From Azolla caroliniana (taxonomy: Eukaryota; Plantae; Polypodiophyta): DNA of 64,000 bases. Shown piece by piece: positions 11,951 to 25,330 of the stretch. The notes beneath the pieces were generated by a model that did no database searches, was not told the origin of the DNA, and saw only the letters and a program-made list of their open reading frames with translations. Position 1 is the first letter of the stretch, and every line of letters begins with the position of its first letter. Where the stretch lies: contig JBHGNT010000011.1 in the NCBI GenBank assembly GCA_043228905.1, positions 14,570,001-14,634,000 on the forward strand, in the 5' to 3' direction. The translations under genes were made by a program, and so were the position numbers.

Positions 11951-12792
11951 TGTATGAGAAAAACATTCTGTACTGTTTTTTAGCTTCTTAAATTGACGGG
12001 TTAAGAGGCGTGTAGCAAAAACAAAAAAAAAAAAGGAAAAGATTGTGATGGTGACAAAATTCTGCTCGGCTTTATTTTTTAACCTTCAGAATTACTCTGT
12101 TTTTTTTCTTATTGTTTATTTACCTTCAAATTACTCTGTTTTTTTTTGTTTTATTTTAACTTAGTTAATTACTGAACCCAAATTCCTCTCGAGTCACTTC
12201 TTTGGCAGAAAGAAAAATCTGCTCTTTTTTTTTGTGGATGCTTATTTACTGAATCCATTTCCCTCTTTTTGATCCATGGCTAGGCCGAAAACTCTTGCAG
12301 CTCTGTTCTCACACTCTTCCTGAGGCTTGATTCACTCAGTTGACCTGCCCTAATTCGCTCTGTCAAGATGCTTAATTACACTATTTCAGCAGCATAATCA
12401 AGGCCTAATTTCTTTGTTTTTACCTTCTTAATCACCCAACCCAATTCCTCGTTAATCCTTTATTTCCTCTGCTATTCAAATTATCTGAGGATGGATTAAT
12501 GAAGTGCTTCTGTTATTGAAATTTTTTAGCATCTTTACAATTGAACACATTTCCTCGTCAAATCCTGTCTAGGTTGAACTTGCTGCCTGCTATTTTTTTT
12601 GTTTTTGTTTTTTGGGGTCTTCTGTGTTCTTTTTTCTGAAGCATCTTAAATTAGGGTTTTGAGCTACTTCCATTACTGGACCCAAAATCAGATCCCCTCG
12701 CAATCCATCCCTAATACCACTGAGCCTCAATTTTGCTGTGTTGTTCCATGGGCCTGATTGGGGGATGATAAGAAGAAGCCATCCATGGTGTG

Positions 12793-14706
12793 ATGGCCTC
12801 CGAGGGTAAAGAATCAGAGCCATGCTCACACAGGAATCTCAAGGAAGCTCAGAGATTCTGTGATCTCATCCTCACACAGGCCACTCTTGTTCAAGCATTC
12901 AAAGGGAGATGGATGGTCATTACGTCTCGGATCCGACAAATCTCCGAGTCTCTGCAATCTCTGCGGACCACCTCCGATTCGTCGACATCATCATCATCAT
13001 TATCATCACCACCATCATCGGACCGCCTGCTCCTCCTCCGCCATACCTACATTGCCCATCTGGATGAAGCCATCCTACCTTCCATCATGGCCTGCTTCGA
13101 AGAATGCAGCATCCTCGTGCGGAAGAGCATCGATCTCACCTATGGCGGAAAGCTGCTGATGCAGAGCAACCTCGACACGCTGGCGGCAAGGCTGGAGCTG
13201 TGTGTTCGGGACCTCGAGCTCGTGGCGAATAGCGTACGGCAGGACGCGAGGGCTAGATCCATCTCCCGCCGCCACATAGCGCCAGATGGCAGCTCCTCAG
13301 GTGCTGGTGCTGCCATGTCAGCGCCTCACGATCCTCCTCCGAGTAGGAGGAGTAGGAGGAGAGGAGATAGCTTGCATGGTGGGGGATTCTTGGTCGATGC
13401 GAGAATGCTTGGAGCCGGAGACAATGAGGCGAAGAAAGCGGCATTGCAAGATTTGATCGATCAGCTGCTGGGAGAGGAAGAGGAGGATCCGGAGAAGAAG
13501 GCGGGAGGAAGGCGGGCTGAGCTCGTGGGCCCACTTGTGCGGTTGCTCGATTCGAATTCGCGAGCAATCCGGGAGAGGGCCGCGCATGCTGTGTCCCTCC
13601 TCCTGGCCACAGCCACCGGGTCCCACGAAGAATGCAAGGAGCGGCTCTTGCGGGAGGGGTCCGCCCATCGCCCGCTCGTCCGGATCCTCGAGTCCGGGAG
13701 CCCAGAGGCGAGGGAGAAGGCGGCCGTGGCCCTCTTTGAGCTCACTTTGTCTGTCCCTGAGAATGCCCACTCCGTCGCCTCCCACGGCGGCATCCCGCCC
13801 CTCGTCAAGCTCTGCGGGTCCGGCACCCCGCTCGCTGCCGCGTGCTCGGCAGGCACCCTCCGCAACCTTGCATCCCACGAGCACCTCCGTAGACCCCTCG
13901 CTGAACAAGGCTCTGTCGAGGCCCTCGTTCAACTCGTCTTGTTCGGTTCGTCTGGTATGTCCGGCTCGTCCGGTGCGTTCGGTACATCCCTCGCCCAAGA
14001 GAACGCTATCGAGGCCCTCCAGAACCTCGCATCCGGTAGAGATGGACGCCTCAAAATGGCCATCGTGCGAAAGGGCGGGATCATTTGCCTTATGAAGGTC
14101 CTCGAAAAGAGAGACTTGTCAATCCAATCCCGAGGGTCGGCGATCCGAGCCCTCTCGAACCTCGCCACCACGTCAGCCGCGGTTGCAAAGGAAATTGTGT
14201 CCGCAGGCTACGTGGCCGAACTTGCCCATCTTCTCGAGACTGGCCCGTCTGACCTCAAGCTAGCCTCGGCCTTGGCCATCAGTAGCTTGTCCCCATACGT
14301 AGACCTCAAGAAGGAGCTCTGTGAGACCGGGTGTGTAGCCTCCCTTAACAACATGTTGGAGTCCGAGCACAAGCCACATCATGAAGCTGCGAGTCAGGCT
14401 CTTTCTACTTTGTTGCTCGCGAATCGCAACCGCAAAGAGTTCGGGACAGACGAGAAGGGAATCTCGCGCCTCATGCATCTCCTTGACCCTAGGAGAAGTA
14501 TCCTGGTAGCAAAACGGCTCCCGATGTCCGCCCTCTTGGCTTTCTCGGGTGGCAGTAATGCATACAGGAAAAGGATCACATCCGGACCTATCCTTCCTCC
14601 GACAGTGGTCGGGCTTGAGAAGTTGGCAAGCGTGGCCAAGAAGAATGCTTTGGATAAATTTGGGGGTGGGAAAAAGTTGTTTCGTATCTTCACACGTTCG
14701 TCATAG
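12793..14706 (+). CDS. Plant ARM-repeat superfamily protein, single exon, ~637 aa (Vac8-like annotation class)
   Basis: Long GC-rich ORF. The N-terminal FKGRWMVI..YGGKLLMQSNLDTLAARLELCVRD is typical of this plant family. Multiple ARM repeats follow (LVRLLDS..RERAA, GGIPPLVKLC..AAGTLRNLA, QENAIEALQNLA). Confidence 0.93.
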   Translation: MASEGKESEPCSHRNLKEAQRFCDLILTQATLVQAFKGRWMVITSRIRQISESLQSLRTTSDSSTSSSSLSSPPSSDRLLLLRHTYIAHLDEAILPSIMACFEECSILVRKSIDLTYGGKLLMQSNLDTLAARLELCVRDLELVANSVRQDARARSISRRHIAPDGSSSGAGAAMSAPHDPPPSRRSRRRGDSLHGGGFLVDARMLGAGDNEAKKAALQDLIDQLLGEEEEDPEKKAGGRRAELVGPLVRLLDSNSRAIRERAAHAVSLLLATATGSHEECKERLLREGSAHRPLVRILESGSPEAREKAAVALFELTLSVPENAHSVASHGGIPPLVKLCGSGTPLAAACSAGTLRNLASHEHLRRPLAEQGSVEALVQLVLFGSSGMSGSSGAFGTSLAQENAIEALQNLASGRDGRLKMAIVRKGGIICLMKVLEKRDLSIQSRGSAIRALSNLATTSAAVAKEIVSAGYVAELAHLLETGPSDLKLASALAISSLSPYVDLKKELCETGCVASLNNMLESEHKPHHEAASQALSTLLLANRNRKEFGTDEKGISRLMHLLDPRRSILVAKRLPMSALLAFSGGSNAYRKRITSGPILPPTVVGLEKLASVAKKNALDKFGGGKKLFRIFTRSS

Positions 14707-14964
14707 GGAATTTTCCATAATGTTATATCGACTTTGGGTATTTGTGCCTATCACACATTTATTGTATCATATATAATCTAGATCATTGTCTTTGTCATCA
14801 AAACTTTGTGTATGCATTTCACCACATGGTGTTTGTAACTTGCCCATCACAATCTCTCTTTAAGATGTGTTAGCTGAATGAGTGTCTATGTTTTCTTCAC
14901 GATGTTTCTATCACATTTTATAGACAAATGATATGGCATATATGAGTTCTCTCTCTCTCTCTCT

Positions 14965-16700
14965 GAAAAAAATGGTAAAAGAGCTTATGGGCAAGCTGGT
15001 TTTCGAAAATACCATAGCACCATTGATCACCTTGTCACCCTTCAAGTACTAATGGAGGAAAGTCGCCTTAGAGGTAAAGATTTATATTGTTATTTCTTAG
15101 ACTTTAACAAAGCTTTCAATATGGTACCTTGTGATTATCTTTGGAGGCAAATAGAAGAACTTAAGGTGCCAAGTGAATATATGCTTGCAATCTCTCGAAT
15201 ATATGAGAAGCTTATATGTTGTGTGCGTATGAGCGATAAACTTTTAGAATTTTTCAATAGCACTATTGGTGTGAAGCAAGGATGCCCACTCACCAACTCT
15301 ATTTGGTCTACGCATTGATGAAATTGGAAGAAATGGTTGCCAAGTTTGTAAAGGAAGAAGGTGTTGAAGAAGTTACAATTGGGAATGTATTCATTATGTG
15401 TTTGCTATATGTGGATGATGTAGTGCTTTTTGCAAATACTTTAGGAGATGCGCAAAAGCTTATGAAGCCATTGGAAAAAATTTGCATGTAAACGAAATTA
15501 AATGTTAATAGCTCTAAAACAAAGATTATGCTTGTGAAGAGCCAAAAAAGAGATAAGCCATGCATTATGTACAATAATGAGCCACTTGAATGTGTGGAAA
15601 ACTTCAAATATCTTGGCCTTGAAGTTCCTTCAAATCATAGATGGAATGAATGTGCTACATGCCGCTTAGAGGTGGGAAAACGAGCATATTATGCATTTGA
15701 GAACACGTGCAATCGTGGAGATATTAGGTGTTGGGTCCTCAAGAAATATCTTTTCAACACTTTGGTGACATCAGTCCTTCTCTATGGGGTGGAAGCATGG
15801 GGTGGTAGCATTCCTAAATCTACTTGGAAAGAGTTTGAAAATGCCTAAAAACATTTTCGTACAAAGTTTCTACAAGTTAAGAAACAAACACCTACATCCT
15901 CCTCCTTGAGACGGGATCACTTCCCATTGAGATCTTGGCAATGGAAAGGGTTGTTGAATACATGCTTAAGGTTCAAAAAAGTCCCTTAGATCAACTTCCT
16001 AGAATCGCATGGGAAGCAACCAAAAAGATCCAAAAGATGCATAAAAACAAAATTTTGTGTTTTGATTAAACACGAGATATGGAAAAATGGTTTGGAAGAT
16101 GGGATGCAACACACTTGCTTAATGATGCATCACTAGATTCCTCTCTAAATGAGGCCTTTTTGCAACGCTAATGTATCATGACATGGGAAAAATGTGGAGG
16201 CTCACGTGTCATACATTATACTACAGATGTTGCACCTAACTACAAAACCATATTCTTCACGTAACGGGAAAACCGTACACATTGATACATGTTAGAGCCC
16301 ATCCCGTTGGCTTTTATTCGAAGCATTGTTTCCATGTGACTTAGCTCACATGCATTGTGATATGAGATGGGGCATTGGGGCACAAGTGATGAGAGTGGTC
16401 GACTATGCACACTTTGCCCTAAACAAGTTCGAGAGTCTGAGTATCACATTTTGATACAATGCTCTGCCTTTGATCATATTTGACCATGCTTTCCACACAT
16501 CTTCGACCAAGCCCAATCCTTGCATGAATTTCTCTCACAACCACAAAGTGCACTCTCGATTGCAACATTCATTGATAAAGCTCTTGAACATCAAGAGTCT
16601 CTACTCACTTTCACACGTATCACGTGAAATGTAATTTTTTTGGCCTCATAGGTCATATATGACCTCGAAGACAATAATATAATCTATCTATCTATCTCTC
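14965..16700 (+). mobile_element. 5'-truncated RTE-clade LINE (RT and C-terminus), disrupted
   Basis: GQAGFRKYHSTIDHL, YFLDFNKAFNMV, IGVKQGCPL, LLYVDDVVL, FKYLGL, VLLYGVEAWG, and a C-terminal CTLC..EYHILIQC. A (CT)n tract flanks the left end and an (ATCT)n/(CT)n tail ends the right. Confidence 0.9.
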
Positions 16701-18078
16701 CATGACTTCTCCATCACAATTTTATGTCATTACCATATGGAGTGAATATGTTTTGTACTAAGGGGTTCTCCATCACATAGTGGTTGGGACACAATTTGTA
16801 TGTGTGATTTTGTCTTCGTGTGTTCGTCCTCACGTTCTCTTCTTTGTTTTCTTTGTTTTTTGTGTAAGTTTACATCAGCGTTGATTTATCGTCAAGTGTG
16901 CAAAACTTGCATTTTCTCAAAGATGTAAACATGACTAATTTATGTGCATCTTGGAGCTTGATTGGATTCCATATGTAAAAGGGGACCTCAATGCCATAAA
17001 GTCCCAAATTGGCTTTTCAATGGAACTCCTATGGATAGAGACTTTCATTGTACATACAGAAGTGTTCTAAAGCTAGTGCAACCTTTTCATAATACCTTTT
17101 GAAAAAAAGTGATCAATATGTATTCATTAATGTATCGGTGCATATTTTCTAAATTCCAACATTTGGAAATCTTCAATATTTCCCCCCAAAAAGGTGCACA
17201 AAGCTTCCTCTTATAACATTAATAACGAGATCTATGGTAGTTAAATTGAAAGAACCTAAATGGTTTGGGCTTTTACTTTGGTATTTGGTAAAGGGATGTT
17301 TTGATGAACACACACATATATAATTAGGCTATTTTGACATGACATGAGCAACAAGACTTAGATATGTGTTGAGGTGAGTGGAGGATGAGTTGGTTGAGGA
17401 ACATGCAATCCAAATATCCATGTCAAAATGACAAAATGGGAGAATATAGTATGAAACCTTTTGATCGTGTTGAAGATAAAGAAATTGCATGTGTTGCACT
17501 TAGTGGATTGGACGTACGTGTTCAGCGGTTGTGCCTAAAAGAGTTGTAATTTATCATGTGTGATTGAGACCCTTTCCATAATATGTATTCCACTTTGTAA
17601 TGAGCTAAAATTGATACCCATCACATCGTTTGTGAGAAATTTTTAGTCATTTTGTTGATCTAAAGAAAAAAGCAACTCAATGAGAAAGAAACATGTATAC
17701 ACAATAGAGAGGCAAAGGAACCAAAGAAAATAGGTTCCAATCACACAATTAAAACGAATATAAGGATGAATAAGCTTAACATTTTTAACCCATGTGGATA
17801 TGTAAGCAAATGCAAAACATGATATTGTAATAAGCACTTAATTCATAGGAAATGGATACAATTAGTGAATTCGCACATGGTTAGGGAATTGTGATGTTGC
17901 AGATGGTTGAACCATTGATGAAATTACAACCATAAAAAAAGCTATATGCATGTTTGTGTGTTTATATAATCTGTGTTTTGAGTTGGGATATAACATCGAA
18001 GAAAAGTTGTTTGCTAAACAAAACAAATAAGAAATGTGATTTCTTAAAATTATTTTGACTTCAAAGTTGGGATATGAC

Positions 18079-18650
18079 TAACAATCAACAACGGTTCAGT
18101 TTGAACGAAACCGAACCCCACACCGCGGCTTTACGACTTAATGGTTTAAACAATTTGGTTCAGGTTCAAGTTTGTTTTAACAGTTCAGTTTGGGGGGTGA
18201 ACAATTTGGTTTGGTTTTAATGCTTTGAAACCACAATTTAAACAGTTTGATGGTTTTTAAATATTTTTTAATTTGTTTAAAAATTTTAAAATTTTGTAAA
18301 AACAAACTTTTCATTTTTAAGCCCCATTCTCACATTTTAGGAAAAATCTTTAAAATTTTAAAAAATTAAAATTTGAAATAATGAAATTTATAAAATTTTA
18401 AAATTTGAATTTTGACCTAAGTTGAAAACCGAAACCAAACCACGAAACTAACAATCGGCAACGGTTCGGTTCGAGAGGGTCCAAACCGAACCGGTTTGGA
18501 ACCAAGCCGTTAAATTGTTTTGAAACCTGAACCAAAACGCGAAACCGTTAAACCGAAATGTTAAACATTTTTCAAACCATGGTTTTGTGGTTCAGTTTCG
18601 GTTTTCAACATAGGTCAAATTTTTAATTTTTTTAAATTTATAATATTTCA
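18079..18650. mobile_element. MITE family B with AAACCG-rich subterminal repeats: two partial copies in opposite orientation
   Basis: 18079-18447 is the reverse complement of part of the 50536-50902 element. 18449-18650 matches that element's start directly (taacaatcggcaacggttcgg). Confidence 0.75.
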
Positions 18651-18654
18651 ATTG

Positions 18655-21600
18655 GTTACGTAATGGGAGGTGTCAAGAAAGCTCATCCATCACTCCCGAA
18701 ACTCAGAAGTTGCAAGCGTTGGGACAAGGAAGTAAGGAGGCAAATGTTAGAGTTCGAATCAAATTTGTTAGGTCAAAAATATTGGAAGGGGACATGTTGG
18801 ACAAGTGATATAGGTTTAGTCAGCAGGCTCTGACAAGACTAACTGATTTGTCTCATGGGGAAGCCCTAGGGCTAAGGGTTTATGTAGTTGTTGTTGAACG
18901 AAACAAGTTGTCGGGTATAGGCTTCTCTTTTGATCTAACAAACCTAGAGGTTACAACTAGTAACATGCCACGGATCTCCAACTCTATAGAAGTCAAGGCG
19001 CACAAATACTTTAACAGCTTGCCTATCACCTGGAATGGAGATAATTGGATGTTGATGTGGTTGAATGCTGGAATGATATGTGGGAGTTTCGATAATTCTT
19101 GCATTAAAAAGTAGCTTCAACTATGCCTAAAGGAGATGGTAGACTCCCTTGATGAGGTGTTACACTTCCATGAGGAGGAAATGGAAGAAGCTACAAGGCA
19201 AGATGTTGTTTTAGGATGGGAGAGGATCAAGGCAGGAGGTTGGGCATGGGCTCGTAGGGAGGGACTATGTCCGTCTTGGGAGATTTCACAATTGATCTCA
19301 TGAAATTAATCACGTGGAACATACAAGGTCTAGGCGGCAACAAATGTATGTTGGAGAGGAAGAACCTCCGCCAAGAGTTCAAATCCCCAAGCTTTAAGGG
19401 GATCCCAAACATTTTGCTCTTACAAGAGCACCATTTGAGTGCGAATAGAATCTTGAGTATTGGCAATCCTCTTGCGGGGGATTGTCATACTTTTTGGTCC
19501 CCAGCGTAGGGTGAGCATGGTAGAAAAGGGGGTGTTTCTACATCTATCAAGAATAATCCAAATATTATTGTGTTGGGCCAGGGCACCATAGTGGAGGGGC
19601 GTGCCATCTATGTGACTGTCAGATGGCAGCAATGTATTATTGGAATAATAAATGTGTACGCGCCCAATTCGACAACAATGTGGGCCATGTTTTGGAGGCA
19701 ATTGGCCGATGGCCTGCCGATTGCAGATGTGTGGATCCTCGCAGGGGATTTTAACATGACTTTGCACATAGAGGACAAGGTGGGGGGCATGCATATGATG
19801 GTGTAGGGGTCAGAGTTAGTTGCATGGGATTTGTTGATGGGCAGAATGGGAGTGAAAGATGTTTGGTATGTACTAAAGAAGCCTCGGAGCTCACTCTGCT
19901 TCTCAAGAGCAGGTTGCAATATAAATGGTTTTTATATGTCTCGCATAGACAGAATATACATAAGCTCGGAACTGGAAAAATATGGCAACAATGTTGAAAT
20001 CATCGCAGGTTCAACTTACTCTGATCATATGCCGATTATGATTACGTTGGTCAATCAGAGGAGAGAAAAAAAGGGACTGCAACTTGAGGATTAGCAGCAA
20101 ACTTTTTGAGGATGTGGAGGTGGGAAGGAAGATAAGGAGTATATGGGAAAATAACCTAGTTGGTTGTGGTGCACTGGATAATCATCGAGGAAAGATTATT
20201 GAAACTTCAATGTGTTTGCATGAAGAGACTAAAAATAGAATTGTGAGGTCTAAGGAAAGAGAGGTGAGATTAAGCAGAGCGATAGCGGCTGCCCAAAGAA
20301 TGCTTCAGAAAAATCCCAGTTGTCAATGGTCAAGATCAGGTTTGGAGGCTACTAAAGAAACACAACGGTTGATTGTGTCTAGAAATAAGATGGTATTCAA
20401 GAGTTCAACAGCTTGGTGGAGCAGGAATGGGGACAAGGTGAACCAACCATTTTTTAAGTTTAAAAAACCGAGAACAAACGGCAGCTACAATCCTAAGCTA
20501 ATTAAGGAGGATGGTTCACCGTCAGAGGATGTATCGGAGATCATGGAGGCAGTCACAACCCACTATAGTGGGCTACTCTCAAATAGTTATAGTCTCCCAA
20601 ACCAGCCGTCACTGGCAGAATTTGTATTGGAGGGAATGCAACCAAGAATTTCAGAGGTTGCACAAGTTAAGTTGTCAGGGCCTCTCTTGGAAGAGGAGGT
20701 GTCAGACGCTTTGGCAAGCATATGTAGCATGTCTTGTCCAGGCGTTGATGGATTATCAAAAGATTTTTTTGAAAAAATTTGGGACGTGATTAAGGTTGAC
20801 CTTGTTGCTGGTCTAAATGAGGCATGGGATGTTGGGTGCCTCCCTGAGCATTTTAAAGAGGGGCTGATATTTCTAATTCCTAAGGTACATGGCATAGTAA
20901 CGGATGTGTGGCAATGGAGACCGATTACGTTGCTCAACACAATCTATAAGATTTTTGCTAATATTCTGGCCAAGAGGGTCAAACCCCACTTGCATGCGCT
21001 AATTAATGTTGGACAAATAGGATTCATGGAAAATAGATGTATAATTGATAATGTGTTGACCTTTTGGGAGGCGATTGCCTTAGCAAAGAAAACCAATCAA
21101 CATATTGCATGTCTCATGCTTGACTTCGAGAAAGCTTATGACAGAGTACAATGGCCTTTTTTAGATAAAGTCATGGAGCGGTTGGGACTACCCTCAAAAT
21201 GGATATTAGCTGCATTGGCCCTTTACAAAGGAAGCTTGAGTAGGGTGTTGGTGTTAGGGCAACAGGGCCCATCAATTCCATTATGTAGGTCTGTTAGGCA
21301 GGGGTGCCCGTTGGCCCCCTATCTTTATTTATTTATTTCAGAAGCATTCTCTTTCTTTTTAAATAGACCGGATGCAGGAATTTGGGGATTGGTTGTCCCA
21401 CATGCTTGCAAGGAATTGTTGGATTCCATGTATCTAGATGACACTATGCTCTATCTGTAAGGCAATGATGCTAATTTACAACAGGCTGAAAAACGGATTG
21501 AGTTGTTTTGTAAAGCATCAGGTAGGAAATTTAAGTGGAACAAAAGTAGAGGGTTTTGGGTAAGTCCAAACTCATGGCCACTTTGGTGCCCTAATGTTGA

Positions 21601-23763
21601 TTTTCAATGGGTCCCTAATGGAAGGGCTGTTAAATATTTGGGCTTTTTGGTGGGAGTTGAGATTTAGAAAAATCAACAGCTTCAGCAAATGAAAGACAAA
21701 ATCAGAAAAAAGCTTTGGTTATGGGCATCAGTAAAGCTTTCCCTTGCAGGTAGAGTGGTTGTGGTAAACCACATTTTGTTGGACACCATGTGGTACTCGT
21801 TGGCATGTTGGATGTTAGATAAAGATTGCATCAAAAATATTAAGGCAATGGTGAGAGGGTTCCTTTGGTCAGGTAGAGACCATGAGATGATGTCAACTAA
21901 AGTGGCTTGGAGTTGTTTGATCAGGGCAAAAAATCAAGGTGGACTTGGGATGGTGGATCTGATTCACCAAAGTAAGGCTTTACTCGGTAAGCTCGTGGTG
22001 CGAAGTCTCCAACCTAGACCAGAATTGTGGAAGTTGCTTCTGGTGTCCGAGGAATGGCGGTCCTTGGAAGGCAAAGAAGTGGTGGTTGTTCAGTCCAGGC
22101 CTAAAGTTAAAAGAACCGACTAGCATGGAGGATAGGGTGTCCTGCACCATAATGAGGGCTTGGTCAAGTTTAAGAGAGGGGATGGTCTTAATGCAACCAA
22201 AAACGATGGAGGAACAACTCCGTCAACCACTGTTTTGGAAACCTAGGATTAGAAGCGATGACGGTATGATACTTGGCCAAAAAAAATATTTGCCATGGGG
22301 ACAAATGGTAGGGTACAATGTTAGTTCAGTAAGAGACTAGGAGGTTTTCAAAAGGAAAAGAAGGGAGGGTCTGGTTGGTAGTACTAGGTTTACTAGCATG
22401 CTGGAAAAGGTGACCCGTTTGATAGATAAGGTTGTTGATGGTCTAGCTAGGCTGAATGAAGAAGAGGGGGTCTAGTTTGGGTGGTTTGTAGGTGAGGGCG
22501 ATGCACAAATTATCCAGGGTAGGTGCCCCTCTAATGAGTATCGTTTGTGGGGCAACCTAAGTGCTTTGGCAGACAATGTCCAGTGGTTGGCAGTGTTGGA
22601 AGGTAAGAAGTGGCAAGTAAACCCGGACCCAAGGAAGCTAGAATCTGATTGTAAGCTTTGGATAGTTGACAACAAGCCCGTATGTGAGTTGGATTGGGAC
22701 CCACTAGAGATGTGGTGGCAAAAACTAGGAACAGACAAAGGGGAACGGTTTTTCGAGAACACTACTAAGTTAGGAAGGCAAATCATTGGCTCCAAATCTA
22801 TGGGTGCTGCTCTAACTCGCAATAGTTGGAAGGATAAAGGAATTTCTGATGACTTGTTGAAGTCGTTTTGGAGGAGACTATGGGCGTTCGATATGCCAGA
22901 AAAAATAAAGCTTTGGTTGTGGTTTCTTAGTCATAAAGCGGTACCGGTGGGGGAGTGGCTCAGGTGTCGTGGTGGTGAGGTTGGTTGCAAGATATGTGGA
23001 CACCCTTTGGAATCAATTCCTCACTATTTTTGGAATTGCAGAGAGGCTATTAACATTTGGGGTAGAAGTCTCAAGATAGTGGCAGCATGCGGCGTGAATG
23101 GGAGAGTGGTATGGGGGTCCATATAGGGGTTGAAATTAACAGGGGAAGGCTAGGTTGAACAGTTAAACCCCCGTGGTCATGGATTTATAGTGCAGGGTGG
23201 CAAGGTGTTTCAACGTGTTGGAGTTCGACCTGGCACTAACTCAGAATTTTTTGAAGAGATATGGATGATGGTGGCTTGTTTATCGGTCTAGCACATTTGG
23301 ACCAGGAGTTGTAAGTTTGTTTTTCAACAACAAAATATCCCTAGCAGTGAGGTGTTGTTAAATATCTTGTTCGAGCTGGTATCTTGATTGCGGGGACGGT
23401 ACGACTCGATTCAGGGGGAATCTGATGCAACTGAAAGAGCTCGGTCAAAGTTCTTGCTGAAATGGGGTAGTTCTCCTATGGTGGGCAGATCATCATCAGG
23501 GCCTGAATGGAACTATGAAGCACCCTGATGGTTGTTTCCCCCAATGGCTTCCACAGTGATTAGGTGTTGTAACTATGTATAGATATGGTACAAATTACTA
23601 GGTGATAGGAGTTGTGGATACTTTTGTTGTAAATGAGGTGGGGACTATGTCCACTTTGGTGAGAAGGCCAAAGTGAGGGTTGCTGAATTTTTGGTGGTCT
23701 ATGATGTAATTGTTTGCTAACTAATTGCGAAGTAGTGTTTTTTTGGGAAAAAATAATAATAAT
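18655..23763 (+). mobile_element. L1-clade LINE with near-complete ORF2 (APE endonuclease, RT, CCHC zinc finger), pseudogenised by in-frame stops
   Basis: MKLITWNIQGL (ATG 19300), LLLQEHHL, INVYAPN, ILAGDFN, SRIDRIY, SDHMPI, PGVDG, WRPITLLNTIYKI, LDFEKAYDRV, SVRQGCPLAPYL, YLDD, KYLG, LSLAGR, CKICG..HYFWNC. A-rich tail at ~23748-23763. Confidence 0.95.
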
Positions 23764-24929
23764 GCATTACACCTGGAGAGAACTTGTAAGAATTATAGAA
23801 GAAGACCTTACCACCATTGGGTATTAGTTACCCCATACATATGATGGATGATCTTAATGTTTCATAAAGTTATATCCCATGCTTTTACTCCCTTATTATC
23901 CACTTGTGAAAAATTCACCAAAAATTGCTCCCCTCTCTCTCTCACACACACGCACACACGAACCACTATTGCGCTTCAATAAACCACTCAATTATCTTCG
24001 GAAGTATAATGTTTTAACAACATATGCATAAAACGTTGAGCAAACTCACATGTTTTGTAAGCGAATCTTCTAACTTTTTCACGTTAAAACAATTTTAGCA
24101 TAGAAATCAGAGTTCCATTAGATGAACTTTAAACTTCAATAAGTTAAAGTTATGATCCTCCGAATATTGTGAAACATAAACTTTAGTATTATACAACCAT
24201 TTTTATATCAACTCCGATAAGGTTGCCTTAAAAGTTCTTAATCATAAGCAAACATTTGCAGAGAATTTAACATATCTTTGCATTATGTAATAATTTAGTG
24301 TCACCACATTGTGATCTAGGACATAATGTCCTGTCTCTTACATTGTCGTCTATCTATAGTGCATGGTAGTATATAACTTTGTGCCTCAAAAGGTGCAAAA
24401 TGATGATAATCTATTGGTTTAATGGGAATGTGGTCTTAATGTTGATGTAGATGAAATTGTTAAAGCTTTTTGGAACTTAGTCAATTATTGTCTACATTTA
24501 TACATCTTTTTACATTTGGAAGCTAGTTGTCTTTTGAAGTAGTCATCGTTTAAGTTGGACTCTAGCACACAATCTCTCCATTTTATGATAATATTGTACC
24601 CTATGGGCAACCCAAGTATTACTAACCTACGCACTTGCTTTTAAATTTTTCGTTAATGCATTACTTCATTGAATGTCATCTTGGAGTGTAAGGATTGTAC
24701 AAATGACCTTCCGGTCTTTGGTGAACAAACTTACCAGTTTAACCACAACGATGCACCTCTCATTCTCATGTTGCACTTTTTTAACAGTGGAAATTTCTAA
24801 TACTTACAAAGGAAATGAGTATAATTTTGAATTCCAAATCTTATGAAGAACTTAAGCTTCATAAGAAATGCTATTTGATGGATTGCTAGAATATATTAGT
24901 ATTGCATAATAATGATAAGGAATTGATTA

Positions 24930-25330
24930 TAAAGATGAAAGAAAATAATTGAATAAGGGTGCCTAACTGCACCAACCACCCTCGAGCAAAGGACAATAGA
25001 CAAATAAAAAATCTCATCAACGTCTTATACAACGAAATATGGCCTTGTATTATACCCCAAGAGTCAACCAACCTTTGGATGCAAAATATGAGAGATTTGC
25101 CTCATCAAAACAACCAAAAACTCTTTACATTGCCTCTAGATGGTGTCTCATAGGGGTAGCTTGTTCCCTTTATACATTTGAACTCTTTAGGCTCCTAGAA
25201 CACCATGTGTTCCCACATGTCCCAAATCCTTCTGGGTAGTCTCTAGTCCTAGGATAATCAATTTCCCACTTATCCTACCTTTAATTCTATTAAATTTTGC
25301 CTTTTAGGATTTGTTTTGAAGGTTATGCCC
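24930..25330 (-). mobile_element. Probable decayed L1 3' fragment
   Basis: The minus strand resembles the L1-type 3'UTR fragment at ~41700-41880 (ttgggg..ta..ggccatatt..tgta). Confidence 0.3.

Noticed and set aside
12860-14693. Multiple overlapping and antisense ORFs within the ARM gene
   Set aside because: These are expected shadow ORFs of GC-rich coding DNA and have no recognisable motifs.
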